From an uncultured Acidimicrobiales bacterium (GTDB lineage Bacteria > Actinomycetota > Acidimicrobiia > Acidimicrobiales > CATQHL01), in the NCBI GenBank assembly GCA_958295925.1, contig CATQHL010000001.1, forward strand, positions 1,249,753 to 1,313,752: a stretch of 64,000 nucleotides of DNA. Reading direction: 5' to 3'. The notes beneath the pieces were generated by a model. The model did not search any database, was not told the DNA's origin, and worked only from the letters and a program-made list of their open reading frames with translations. Shown here piece by piece: positions 18,831 to 27,513 of the stretch (within the stretch, counting starts at the first letter, position 1; the number at the start of each line of letters is the position of its first letter). Made by a program: the position numbers and the translations under genes.

Positions 18831-19516
18831 TGCCCGGCTCCTGCAGGCGGCTCTTCGCCCTCGGCGGGCATACCCTCCACGTCCACGATGCCCGGCCAGG
18901 GCTTTACCCGGCGGGCCAGCAGCGGGAAGTCCTTGCGCAGGGGATGGCCCTCGAACTCGCCGGGCAGGTAGATGTGGCGCAGGTCGGGGTGGCCGACGAA
19001 GGCGATGCCAAACATCTCCCACGCCTCCCGCTCGTGCCAGTTGGCGCCGGAATAGACAGGTATCCAGGTGGGCACCGCTGGATTCTCGTTTGGGAGGTCG
19101 GCCTTGGCGATTACCCCCAGGCCGGTTTGCGTATTCATCACCCTGGCGAAGACCTGCAAGCGGGTCTCGCCGCCAGTTACGCCGCTCTCTATGGAGAGAT
19201 CGCGGGGATCAGGGCCGCCCGTCGGCCAGTCCTGTTCTGCGTCCATGTCCCGGCCGAAGGGGGAGGGCATCCAGTCGATGGCCGAAAGGAAGTCGAACCA
19301 GAGGCAGCCAAGACGGTCGCGCAGCACGTAGCCAACCTGCTGCCAGGCCTGATGTTCGACACGCACCCAGAGGTCGCCTTCGGCGTGAGTGGCCAGCAGC
19401 GCGTCGCCAAGAGCCTCGCCCAGGGTCTCTACGGCCTCGGCGCGCAGCGCTTCAAGAGGCGTGGGCGACGGCGCCCCGCCGTCTGTCTCGGCTATCGCAG
19501 AGGTCGGCTCGGCCAT
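18827..19516 (-). CDS. nuoC: NADH-quinone oxidoreductase subunit C (operon 1)
   Basis: Track ORF 18827..19945 overlaps nuoB out of frame. I trimmed it to ATG 19516 (MAEPTSAI...). Contains [42 protein letters not shown]. Confidence 0.85.
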   Translation of the reverse strand: MAEPTSAIAETDGGAPSPTPLEALRAEAVETLGEALGDALLATHAEGDLWVRVEHQAWQQVGYVLRDRLGCLWFDFLSAIDWMPSPFGRDMDAEQDWPTGGPDPRDLSIESGVTGGETRLQVFARVMNTQTGLGVIAKADLPNENPAVPTWIPVYSGANWHEREAWEMFGIAFVGHPDLRHIYLPGEFEGHPLRKDFPLLARRVKPWPGIVDVEGMPAEGEEPPAGAGQ

Positions 19517-19530
19517 TCCTGCCAGTTCGG

Positions 19531-20031
19531 TTATTCCACCACTATCGGGTCGCCACGCCAGCGGGCGGCGATGTCCTCGTTTGCGATGCGCTCCTGGAGC
19601 AGCACTATCCCCTCCAGCAGCGCCTCCGGTCGAGGCGGGCAACCCGGCACGTAGACGTCCACCGGGATGATCTGGTCGACGCCCTTGGTTACTGAGTAGG
19701 AGTCCCAGTAGGGCCCCCCGCAGTTGGCGCAGGAACCCATCGAGATCACGTATTTCGGATCGGGCATCTGTTCGTAGAGGCGGAGCAGCGACGGCACCAT
19801 CTTGTCGGTGACCGTGCCGGAGACAACCACGAGGTCGGCCTGTCGCGGGCTGGCGGGGAAGGGAATTACCCCAAGGCGCATCACGTCGTAGCGGGGGGAG
19901 CCGAAAGCGGCGCCCATCTCGATGGCACAACAGGCGAGGCCCCACTGGTAGACCCAGAGGGAGTACTTCCGTGAGAGGTTGAGCAGTTTCGTGAGCGGGG
20001 CGGGCATCTTTCCGCTCTCGATGAGTCCCAT
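19531..20031 (-). CDS. nuoB: NADH-quinone oxidoreductase subunit B (operon 1)
   Basis: 166 aa. The cluster N2 ligand motifs are all present: [17 protein letters not shown] and PGCPPRPE. Confidence 0.9.
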   Translation of the reverse strand: MGLIESGKMPAPLTKLLNLSRKYSLWVYQWGLACCAIEMGAAFGSPRYDVMRLGVIPFPASPRQADLVVVSGTVTDKMVPSLLRLYEQMPDPKYVISMGSCANCGGPYWDSYSVTKGVDQIIPVDVYVPGCPPRPEALLEGIVLLQERIANEDIAARWRGDPIVVE

Positions 20032-20088
20032 CAGCCGCTTCCCTCCTTTAGCTTCGCCATTGGCCTTGCCGAGCGGGACACGCCTGCC

Positions 20089-20463
20089 CTACACCCATTG
20101 CAGGACGCGCTTGCGCCACGCATAGAACAAGCCAAGGGCAAGAATGAAGATGAAGATCGCCATCTCCACCAGGCCGAACACCCCATAGGTCTCGAGACGT
20201 GTCGCCCACGGGAAAATGAAGACGGCCTCAACGTCGAACATCACGAAGAGCAGCCCGAAGAGGTAATAGCGAAGACGGCTCTGCGACCATCCCTCCCCGA
20301 CGGGATCAACACCGCTCTCGTAGCTGATGTACTTTTGCTTTTGAGGACGCTCAGGGCGCAGCACGGAAGCCAGCGTGAGCATGAGGGCGACCATTATCAC
20401 GGCTAGCAGGGCGAAGATTCCGACCGTGAGGTAGCTGCGCAGGAAGTCGGACACGGGAGACAA
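20089..20463 (-). CDS. nuoA: NADH-quinone oxidoreductase subunit A (operon 1)
   Basis: 124 aa with three TM helices; contains YESGVDPVG and FDVEAVFIFPWA. Confidence 0.9.
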   Translation of the reverse strand: MSPVSDFLRSYLTVGIFALLAVIMVALMLTLASVLRPERPQKQKYISYESGVDPVGEGWSQSRLRYYLFGLLFVMFDVEAVFIFPWATRLETYGVFGLVEMAIFIFILALGLFYAWRKRVLQWV

Positions 20464-20639
20464 TCCTACTCAGCGAGTCGGATTGGCGACAGGCTCTTGC
20501 CTCAACATGGCTGGCTTGGGCTGGTGGACGCTTGTTTAGCGGTCGACGGGCGCCTGGGCGCTTGGCGGTCCGAGCAATTGGCAGTTCCTAGACCTGACAC
20601 CTGACGCGGCGGCGGCGACCGCGCTGGTGTGCGTGGTCG

Positions 20640-22007
20640 CTACCCGGCCCCGGGAAGCCCTTCAAGGGCGGCCTGGACCTTCTCTTCTGGAAAGCCGTAG
20701 TCGCTCAACTCGCCGGAAAGGTAAGAGTCGAACGCAGAGAGGTCGAGCAGACCGTGGCCGCACATCGCCGTGAGGATCACCTTCTCCTCTCCCGTCTCGG
20801 CGCAGCGGCGCGCCTCGGCCACCGCCGCTGCGATGGCGTGCGTGGGCTCGGGGGCGGGGACGATGCCCTCGCAGCGGGCAAACAATATCCCCGCCTCGAA
20901 GCACTCCGACTGCAGCTTGGCCTCGGCGGTAATGAGGCCAAGCTCGTAGATGTGCGAGAGCAGTGGCGACATGCCGTGATAGCGCAGGCCGCCCGAGTGA
21001 ATGGGATCGGGCACGAAGGAGTGCCCGAGCGTGCGCATCTTCAGCAGCGGCGTGAAGCCTGCCGCGTCGCCGAAGTCGTATGTGTAGACGCCCTTCGTGA
21101 ACGACGGACAGGCCGACGGCTCGACGCAGCGAATTTCCGGGCTCATCCTTCCTGCCATCTTCTCGCGCAGAAACGGCATGGAGAGCCCGGCGAAGTTCGA
21201 TCCGCCGCCCGTGCAGCCCACTATGAGGTCTGGCTCCTCACCGAGCACGGCCATCTGCTCGAGCGCCTCCTGGCCGATGACTGTCTGATGCAGCAGAACG
21301 TGGTTGAGCACGCTGCCAAGGGAGTAGTGCGTGTTTGCGTCGCCGGCGGCAACCTCTATGGCCTCGCTAATGGCGATGCCCAGGCTGCCAGGGTTGTCGG
21401 GATCTTGCTCCAGATACTTCTGCCCCGTCTCGGTGACATTCGACGGACTGGGGTGCACCTCGGCGCCGAAGACCTCCATCATCAGGCGCCGGTAGGGCTT
21501 CTGGTCGTAGGAGGCGCGCACCTGCCACACCTCGCATTCGACAGCGAAGGCACTGCAGGCGAACGCCAACGCCGCTCCCCACTGACCCGCGCCAGTCTCG
21601 GTGGTGAGTTTCCTCACGCCTTCCTCGGCGTTGAAGAACACCTGGGGGACTGCGGTGTTTGGCTTGTGCGAGCCAACCGGGCTGGCGCCCTCGTACTTGT
21701 AGTAGATGCGTGCCGGGGTCCCGAGTGCCTTCTCCAGACGGCGGGCGCGCATCAGCGGTGTGGGGCGCCAGAGGCGGTAGACATCCTGAACTGGCTCGGG
21801 GATGTCGATGTAGCTCTCGCCACTGACCTCCTGGAGAATCAGCCCCATCGGGAAGAGCGGGGTGAGGGCGTCGGGGCCGACCGGCTCCATCGTGGCCGGA
21901 TGCAGCGGTGGCGGAGGCGGGGAAGGCAGGTCGGGAATGACGTTGTACCAATGCGTCGGCATCCGCTCTTCGGACAAAAGGGTTTTGATTGTTTTAGCCA
22001 TGGCCAA
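20640..22007 (-). CDS. trpB2: TrpB-like PLP enzyme (tryptophan synthase beta, TrpB2 type)
   Basis: 455 aa. The N-terminal extension [13 protein letters not shown], the PLP-lysine motif GSHKPNTA, and GGGSNFAG are all characteristic of TrpB2. No trpA is adjacent. Confidence 0.85.
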   Translation of the reverse strand: MAMAKTIKTLLSEERMPTHWYNVIPDLPSPPPPPLHPATMEPVGPDALTPLFPMGLILQEVSGESYIDIPEPVQDVYRLWRPTPLMRARRLEKALGTPARIYYKYEGASPVGSHKPNTAVPQVFFNAEEGVRKLTTETGAGQWGAALAFACSAFAVECEVWQVRASYDQKPYRRLMMEVFGAEVHPSPSNVTETGQKYLEQDPDNPGSLGIAISEAIEVAAGDANTHYSLGSVLNHVLLHQTVIGQEALEQMAVLGEEPDLIVGCTGGGSNFAGLSMPFLREKMAGRMSPEIRCVEPSACPSFTKGVYTYDFGDAAGFTPLLKMRTLGHSFVPDPIHSGGLRYHGMSPLLSHIYELGLITAEAKLQSECFEAGILFARCEGIVPAPEPTHAIAAAVAEARRCAETGEEKVILTAMCGHGLLDLSAFDSYLSGELSDYGFPEEKVQAALEGLPGAG

Positions 22008-22142
22008 ATCCTAGATCAGCATCGAAAATTCGTGCAGGGGTGGGAGGAGGACGCCGAGCGGGATTCCCAAGCCCTCCAACCCCCTCACCCCACAGAATTA
22101 GCTAGCCCGGAAAGCAATACTTTCGGCCAGGGAAAGAGGCGA

Positions 22143-23054
22143 CTAGCCGGTCGGCATGTCTCCGTTCATCGGGACATCGAAGAGGAGGGCGTCTTCTTCA
22201 AACCACTTTTTGCTCAAGGCGTTCAGAGAGCCGTCGGCCTTCATTTCGACGATGACTGCGCTTATTTTGGCCCGCAGGTCGTCATCCTCCTCTCGGAAGC
22301 CCATGGCGGATCCCAGACGGGGAAACTCAACCTCGTCTCCGACAATCTCGAGCGCGCCGTCGGATTCGGCCACAAATCTCCTCGCCGACCCGATGTCGTT
22401 CAAAAGGGCGTCTGCTGCGCCACTCAACACGGCCTCGAAAATTTCCTGCTGCGTGTCGAGCGCAAGCAGCGTGGCCGAAGTTTGCTTGTCGACGTAGTCG
22501 GCCTGGACGGTGGCGCTGATGGCTGCAACCACGCCCCTAATCACGTCCTCACCTGCACCCGCCTTGGAGACATACACCGATGGGGCCGACGGCTGGTAGA
22601 CCTCGGAAAAGTCGATCAGTTCGTCCCGCTCGGGCGTGTTGTACATCAATGTCAAGATGACGTCAAACTCACCGGCAATGAGGTTGGGCATGAGCGAAAC
22701 CCACTCGTTCCTGACCCAGACGCACTCAAGCTGCGCCCTGCGGCAGACCTCGTCGCGCAGTTCCGGCTCGAAGCCGTCGATTTCGCCGTCGTCGTTCACG
22801 AAATTCGACGGTGGGTACTGGGCATCGATGCCGAAGCGGACTGGGCCGTCGCCATAGGCGACAACTACCGGCTGCTCAGGTTCGGGTGGTGGATCATCCT
22901 CGGGCTTGGTGGTGGAGGTGGTGTCGTCATCATCGGGGTTTGCCTGTTCCTGGCCAACGACGCCCGTTCCGCCAGCGAGAAGGGCGACAGCGAGGACGAA
23001 GACTGCAACCGTCACGCCGATGGGTGCGACCTTTCTTGAAACCGGCTTGAGCAT
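22143..23054 (-). CDS. family-3 (amino-acid type) extracellular solute-binding protein, with no adjacent permease or ATPase
   Basis: 303 aa with an N-terminal TM/signal segment and an acidic Pro-rich linker. Contains FGIDAQYPPSNFVNDDGEIDGFEPELRDEV...MPNLIAGEFDVILTLMYNTPERDELIDFSEVY, the SBP_bac_3 pattern. Confidence 0.75.
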   Translation of the reverse strand: MLKPVSRKVAPIGVTVAVFVLAVALLAGGTGVVGQEQANPDDDDTTSTTKPEDDPPPEPEQPVVVAYGDGPVRFGIDAQYPPSNFVNDDGEIDGFEPELRDEVCRRAQLECVWVRNEWVSLMPNLIAGEFDVILTLMYNTPERDELIDFSEVYQPSAPSVYVSKAGAGEDVIRGVVAAISATVQADYVDKQTSATLLALDTQQEIFEAVLSGAADALLNDIGSARRFVAESDGALEIVGDEVEFPRLGSAMGFREEDDDLRAKISAVIVEMKADGSLNALSKKWFEEDALLFDVPMNGDMPTG

Positions 23055-23179
23055 GCGCCTACCCTACATTCCTTATCCACTATGTGCTTTCGTATGCATT
23101 TTCGCGAAACCATTTGTATTCGCAAAACTGGGCGGCTTCATTTGTAACTTTGGGGGCATCGGCTGCTCCAAGAACTGCC

Positions 23180-26100
23180 ATGAATGACGATTTCTTCACG
23201 AAACCAATCCTGAACTCGCCCTACGAGCACCCAGGGCGGCACTGGAAGCTTGACGACGACCGGCAGCCGACCAGTTGCGTCGTCCAACGGCGGCGGAAGG
23301 CGGACTTCATCACGCCCATTCCCAAGTCGCGCAAGAGCAAGGCGCAGCAGCGCGAGATGTCCTTTGACGCCAAGGCCAGGGCGCTGGAAGCCGAGGGCAG
23401 CGGGCAGTACCGCATCGCGGAAGTCATCAACGACCTGCGCGGGGTGGTGGAAGCGTGGAGGCTAAGCCCTGAGCGCGAATGGCGAGTCACCGCTGAGACC
23501 GCCCGCCTGCTGCGGCACTGGCGTACCCACGAATTCAACGACATTCGTCCGTTCTTCTGCCAGGTGGAGGCCGTCGAGACGATCATCTGGCTAACCGAGG
23601 TTGCGCCCAAAATCGGAAATCGGGGGAAGAGTTTTCTGGAGCACCTCAACGTCGCCAACGATGAGGCCAATCCAGGTCTTTCCAGGCTGGCGCTGAAGAT
23701 GGCCACAGGAGCGGGTAAGACCACCGTGATCGCGATGATCATCGCCTGGCAGACCGTCAACGCCGTTCGCCATCCTCGCAGCAATCGGTTTACAAACGGA
23801 TTTCTCGTAGTCACGCCGGGCATCACAATTCGCAACCGTCTTCGCGTGCTTCAGCCGAACGATCCCGACAGCTACTACGAGCGGCGTGAGCTCGTCCCAA
23901 GGGACATGCTCTCCGAGCTGGGCAAGGCGAGGATCGTCATCACCAACTATCACGCCTTTCTTCGCCGTGAGGCGATGGAACTCACCAAGGCCGGGCGCGC
24001 CTTGCTTCAGGGGCGCGGCCCCGCTCTGGAAACCAAGGAGACCGAGGGCCAGATGCTCCAGCGCGTGATGCCCTCCCTGATGGGGTTCAAGCAGATAATG
24101 GCCATCAACGACGAAGGCCACCACTGCTACAGGGAGAAGCCTCCCGAGGACAGCGACGAGAAAACGCTCACGGGCGACGAAAAGGTCGAGGCCTCGGCCA
24201 ACAAGGAGGCCGCACGGGTTTGGATTTCAGGGCTGGAAGCCGTTGGGCGCAAAATCGGGCTGAGCCGAGTGGTTGACCTCTCTGCCACTCCTTTCTTCCT
24301 GCGTGGGTCGGGTTACGCCGAAGGGACGCTCTTCCCCTGGACGATGAGCGACTTTTCCCTGCTCGACGCCATCGAGAGCGGCATCGTGAAACTGCCCAGG
24401 GTGCCTGTGGCCGACAACGTCCCCAGCGAGGAAATGCCGAAGTTCCGAAACATCTGGGAGCACATCGGCAAGAAGATGCCTAAGGGCAGGCGAAGCAAGA
24501 AGGTCGTGCTCGACCCGCTGAAGCTCCCGATCGAGCTGCAGACGGCGTTTGAAGCCCTCTACGGCCACTATGAGAAGACTTTCACTGCCTGGGAGCGGGA
24601 TGGGATAGAGGCGCCGCCGTGCTTCATCGTGGTCTGCAACAACACCGCAACGTCCAAGCTGGTCTACGACTACATCTCTGGTTTCCACCGTGAGCAGGAG
24701 GGTGGGCAGCGGGAGTTCCACAACGGGCGCCTGGCGCTCTTTCGCAACTACGGCAACAGCGGCGCGCCCCTGCCCAGGCCCCGGACGCTGCTCATCGACA
24801 GTGTTCAGCTCGAGTCGGGCGAGGCGCTCAGCGCCGACTTCCGCAAGGTGGCTGCCGAGGAGATCGAGCGTTTCAGGCGTGATTTTGTCCAGCGCACAGG
24901 CAACCGGCGGCAGGCGGAGAACCTCTCCGAGCAGGACCTGCTGCGGGAGGTGATGAACACTGTTGGCAGACCTGGGCTGCTCGGTGGCGAGACACGGTGC
25001 GTCGTCTCGGTCTCGATGCTCACCGAGGGCTGGGACGCCACGAACGTCACGCATGTGATGGGGGTTCGGGCGTTCAGCACCCAGCTGCTGTGCGAGCAGG
25101 TGGTGGGGCGGGCGCTGCGCCGACAGTCATACGACTTGAACGCCGAGGGGCTGTTTGACGTTGAGTATGCGGACGTGCTGGGCATCCCGTTCGACTTCAC
25201 CGCCAAGCCCGTGGTTGCACCCCCGCAGAAGCCGCGCGAGACGGTGCTGGTGAAGGCCGTCAGCCCCGATCGCGACGCCTGCGAGATTCGTTTTCCGAGG
25301 GTGGAGGGCTACCGGGTTGAGCTGCCTGAAGATCGCCTTGACGCCGTCTTCAACAACGATTCGACGATGGTTCTCACACCTCAGCTCGTCGGCCCGTCAA
25401 TCACGCGCAATGAGGGCATTCTCGGCGAGTCGGCTGAACTTACTTTGGATCACCTCAAGAGCAAGCGGCTGAGCACTATCACCTACAGGCTGACCAAACG
25501 ACTTCTCGAGACGAAGTGGCGCGATGCAGGTGATCTGCCGCGCCTGCATTTGTTCGGGCAGCTCAAGCGCATCACACGTCGATGGCTCGATGAGCACCTC
25601 GTCTGCAAGGGCGGCACCTTTCCGGCGCAAGTTCTGTATCAAGAGTTGGCCGACACGGCCTGCGAGCGCATCAACATCGGAATAGTCGAGCAGCACAGGG
25701 GGGAGCGCCCGATAACTGCCATCCTCGATCCCTACAATCCTGTCGGCTCCACCTCTGAGGTGCACTTCACCACTTCCAAGACACCGCGTTGGCGCACCAG
25801 GAGCGACCTCTGCCACGTCAACTGGGCGGTCTGCGACAGCGAATGGGAGGCGGAGTTCTGCCGGGCTATCGAGTCGTATCCGCGTGCGCGCGCCTACGTG
25901 AAGAACCAGGGGCTAGGCCTGGAGGTGCCGTATCAGATGGGATCTGAGCCGCGTCGCTACATTCCCGACTTCATAGTGCTGATAGACGACGGGCATGGAG
26001 ACGACGACCTGCTCCACCTAGTGGTGGAGGTTAAGGGCTACAGGGGCGAGAACGCCAAGGTCAAGAAGCTGACCATGGACACATTCTGGGTGCCGGGTGT

Positions 26101-26221
26101 CAACTATTTGAAGTCGTTCGGGCGCTGGGCATTCATAGAGTGCGCGGATGTCTGGGAAATAGAGGAGGAGCTGCACGAGCAGATCGACCGGGCGACAATC
26201 AAGGAAAGGCTGGCAGCGTAA
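23180..26221 (+). CDS. res: type III-like restriction enzyme Res subunit: SF2 helicase plus C-terminal PD-(D/E)xK nuclease
   Basis: Track ORF 23084..26221. I prefer ATG 23180 (MNDDFFTKPILNSPYEHPGRHW). It has motif I (MATGAGKTTV), motif II (INDEGHH, a DExH box), and the C-terminal nuclease motif YIPDFIVLI...HLVVEVKGYRG. GC content is host-like, about 65%. Confidence 0.85.
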   Translation: MNDDFFTKPILNSPYEHPGRHWKLDDDRQPTSCVVQRRRKADFITPIPKSRKSKAQQREMSFDAKARALEAEGSGQYRIAEVINDLRGVVEAWRLSPEREWRVTAETARLLRHWRTHEFNDIRPFFCQVEAVETIIWLTEVAPKIGNRGKSFLEHLNVANDEANPGLSRLALKMATGAGKTTVIAMIIAWQTVNAVRHPRSNRFTNGFLVVTPGITIRNRLRVLQPNDPDSYYERRELVPRDMLSELGKARIVITNYHAFLRREAMELTKAGRALLQGRGPALETKETEGQMLQRVMPSLMGFKQIMAINDEGHHCYREKPPEDSDEKTLTGDEKVEASANKEAARVWISGLEAVGRKIGLSRVVDLSATPFFLRGSGYAEGTLFPWTMSDFSLLDAIESGIVKLPRVPVADNVPSEEMPKFRNIWEHIGKKMPKGRRSKKVVLDPLKLPIELQTAFEALYGHYEKTFTAWERDGIEAPPCFIVVCNNTATSKLVYDYISGFHREQEGGQREFHNGRLALFRNYGNSGAPLPRPRTLLIDSVQLESGEALSADFRKVAAEEIERFRRDFVQRTGNRRQAENLSEQDLLREVMNTVGRPGLLGGETRCVVSVSMLTEGWDATNVTHVMGVRAFSTQLLCEQVVGRALRRQSYDLNAEGLFDVEYADVLGIPFDFTAKPVVAPPQKPRETVLVKAVSPDRDACEIRFPRVEGYRVELPEDRLDAVFNNDSTMVLTPQLVGPSITRNEGILGESAELTLDHLKSKRLSTITYRLTKRLLETKWRDAGDLPRLHLFGQLKRITRRWLDEHLVCKGGTFPAQVLYQELADTACERINIGIVEQHRGERPITAILDPYNPVGSTSEVHFTTSKTPRWRTRSDLCHVNWAVCDSEWEAEFCRAIESYPRARAYVKNQGLGLEVPYQMGSEPRRYIPDFIVLIDDGHGDDDLLHLVVEVKGYRGENAKVKKLTMDTFWVPGVNYLKSFGRWAFIECADVWEIEEELHEQIDRATIKERLAA

Positions 26222-26377
26222 TCAGTTGGTTATTATGACAGAAAAACTTCTTTGAGGTCGATTATAATGCTATTGAAACCAATCGTTTCGAAACCTTCGA
26301 CGGGGCATTGTTCTGCTTGCAACACGATTATAACCTGAAGGCATCTTTGCAAGACCCGATAATCCTAGACTGTTCTA

Positions 26378-27160
26378 ATGATAAGTGATCAAATAAGCCT
26401 ACAGAAATTTCTGAGCGAACGCCTCTGCCAAGATGTGCGGCTAGTCGAACGCCAGGATGGTGCTGTAATGATACGTACTTACTTTGAGTTTCCAGATGGC
26501 GATCGGTACGCGATAAATATTACCGAACAAAGTGCTGGCACATTTCGCTTATCCGATCTAGGCCATACCCTCATGGAAATCAGCTATAAACTCGATATAA
26601 ACTCTCTGTACGAAGGAACTCGAAGAGCTATCTTGGAGCGCATTATGGAAGAAAATTCAATTCAGTGGGAAGGCAGAGATTTTTTTCTTGACACGTCATT
26701 GGTTGAATTGCCAGAAGCACTATTTCGATTTATTCAAGCTCTTACTAGAATATATGATATTACATTGTTATCAAGAACACATGTTGAGTCAACTTTCAAT
26801 GACGACCTATCAGAAATCATTTTTGCACTAGTTGAAGAAGAAAGAATTCAGCGCGAATATCATCCTCACGTACCCAATGCTGAAGCTTATCCTGTTGATT
26901 ACTATATTAAATGCAGTGCGGATGTGCCACTATTCTTGTTCGGAGTTTCTAATCAAAGCAAAGCACGTTTGATAACCATAAAATTATCGCATTATCATCG
27001 CTACGAATTGCAATTTAATTCTATTTTGATATTTGACAACCAAAGCAAAATCTCCAGAATGGATCTCACGCGACTATCTGATGTGGGTGGTGAAATGATT
27101 TCTTCCCTTGATGCAAAAAAGGATTTGGAGAGAAAACTTCTACAACACATATCAGCATAA
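26378..27160 (+). CDS. hypothetical protein embedded between res and mod (DUF1828/DUF1829-like by recollection, unverified)
   Basis: 260-aa low-GC ORF. The N-terminal half (MIRTYFEFPDGDRYAINITEQSAGTFRLSDLGHTLMEISY...RRAILERIMEENSI) resembles the DUF1828 pattern. No catalytic motif was recognised. Confidence 0.6.
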   Translation: MISDQISLQKFLSERLCQDVRLVERQDGAVMIRTYFEFPDGDRYAINITEQSAGTFRLSDLGHTLMEISYKLDINSLYEGTRRAILERIMEENSIQWEGRDFFLDTSLVELPEALFRFIQALTRIYDITLLSRTHVESTFNDDLSEIIFALVEEERIQREYHPHVPNAEAYPVDYYIKCSADVPLFLFGVSNQSKARLITIKLSHYHRYELQFNSILIFDNQSKISRMDLTRLSDVGGEMISSLDAKKDLERKLLQHISA

Positions 27161-27209
27161 GTTTGCTTTTCTCATCAATCAATAGCTTTTGATATAGGGG
27201 GCACAGACG

Positions 27210-27506
27210 ATGGCCAAACAAATTGAGACTCTAAGACATTCAGAGGATTCTCGGGCGAACATTCCTACTGCGGAGCAGGAGCCGACGCTTCAGAAAGATG
27301 TGCTTGAAGCAATTCGGGCAACCTACAGCAGATGCAACGGAGACCTTGATCCTCAGCTTGTCTGGAGGGGAAAAGGCTTGGCTGAATGGTCGGACTTGGT
27401 TGTCCCTGTTCCTCCTTTGTTTATCCAAGAAAAGGTGCAACCCAAGGTTTTGATCGACGATTTAGTGCACCGCGCTAATCGCGAAGCCCCCCCCCCGAGT
27501 ATTTGA
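27210..27506 (+). CDS. mod: mod, N-terminal fragment (98 codons) ending at a frameshift in a C10 tract
   Basis: AGGGGG RBS 8 nt upstream of the ATG. DLDPQLVWRGKG...LFIQEKVQPKVLIDDL is the usual N-terminus of this class of Mod protein. The stop at 27504-27506 lies directly after the C10 run. Confidence 0.8.
   Translation: MAKQIETLRHSEDSRANIPTAEQEPTLQKDVLEAIRATYSRCNGDLDPQLVWRGKGLAEWSDLVVPVPPLFIQEKVQPKVLIDDLVHRANREAPPPSI
27487..27496. repeat. homopolymeric C10 tract inside mod
   Basis: cgc gaa gCC CCC CCC CCg agt att tga. Removing one C (C9), or adding two, reads REAPPRVFEPELWSDFNGLPPEA with no stop and fuses 27210..27506 to 27514..30045, for about 944 aa. Confidence 0.9.
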
Positions 27507-27513
27507 ACCGGAA

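Noticed and set aside
22008-22142. A possible attenuator or terminator hairpin in the SBP-trpB2 spacer (ccGGAAAGcaataCTTTCgg).
   Set aside because: Only about 5 bp of stem, with no T-run and no leader peptide with Trp codons. The evidence is insufficient.
20754-23039. Very long ORFs on the opposite strand or in alternative frames of real genes. Examples are 761 aa at 20754..23039 (+) antisense to trpB2 and the SBP gene, 549 aa at 35768..37417 (-), 357 aa at 13795..14868 (-), 334 aa at 18691..19695 (+) and 225 aa at 71..748 (+).
   Set aside because: Their translations are Arg/Pro/Gly/Ala-rich with no motifs. Each fully overlaps a gene with strong family signatures. Stop-codon scarcity in ~65% GC DNA explains them.
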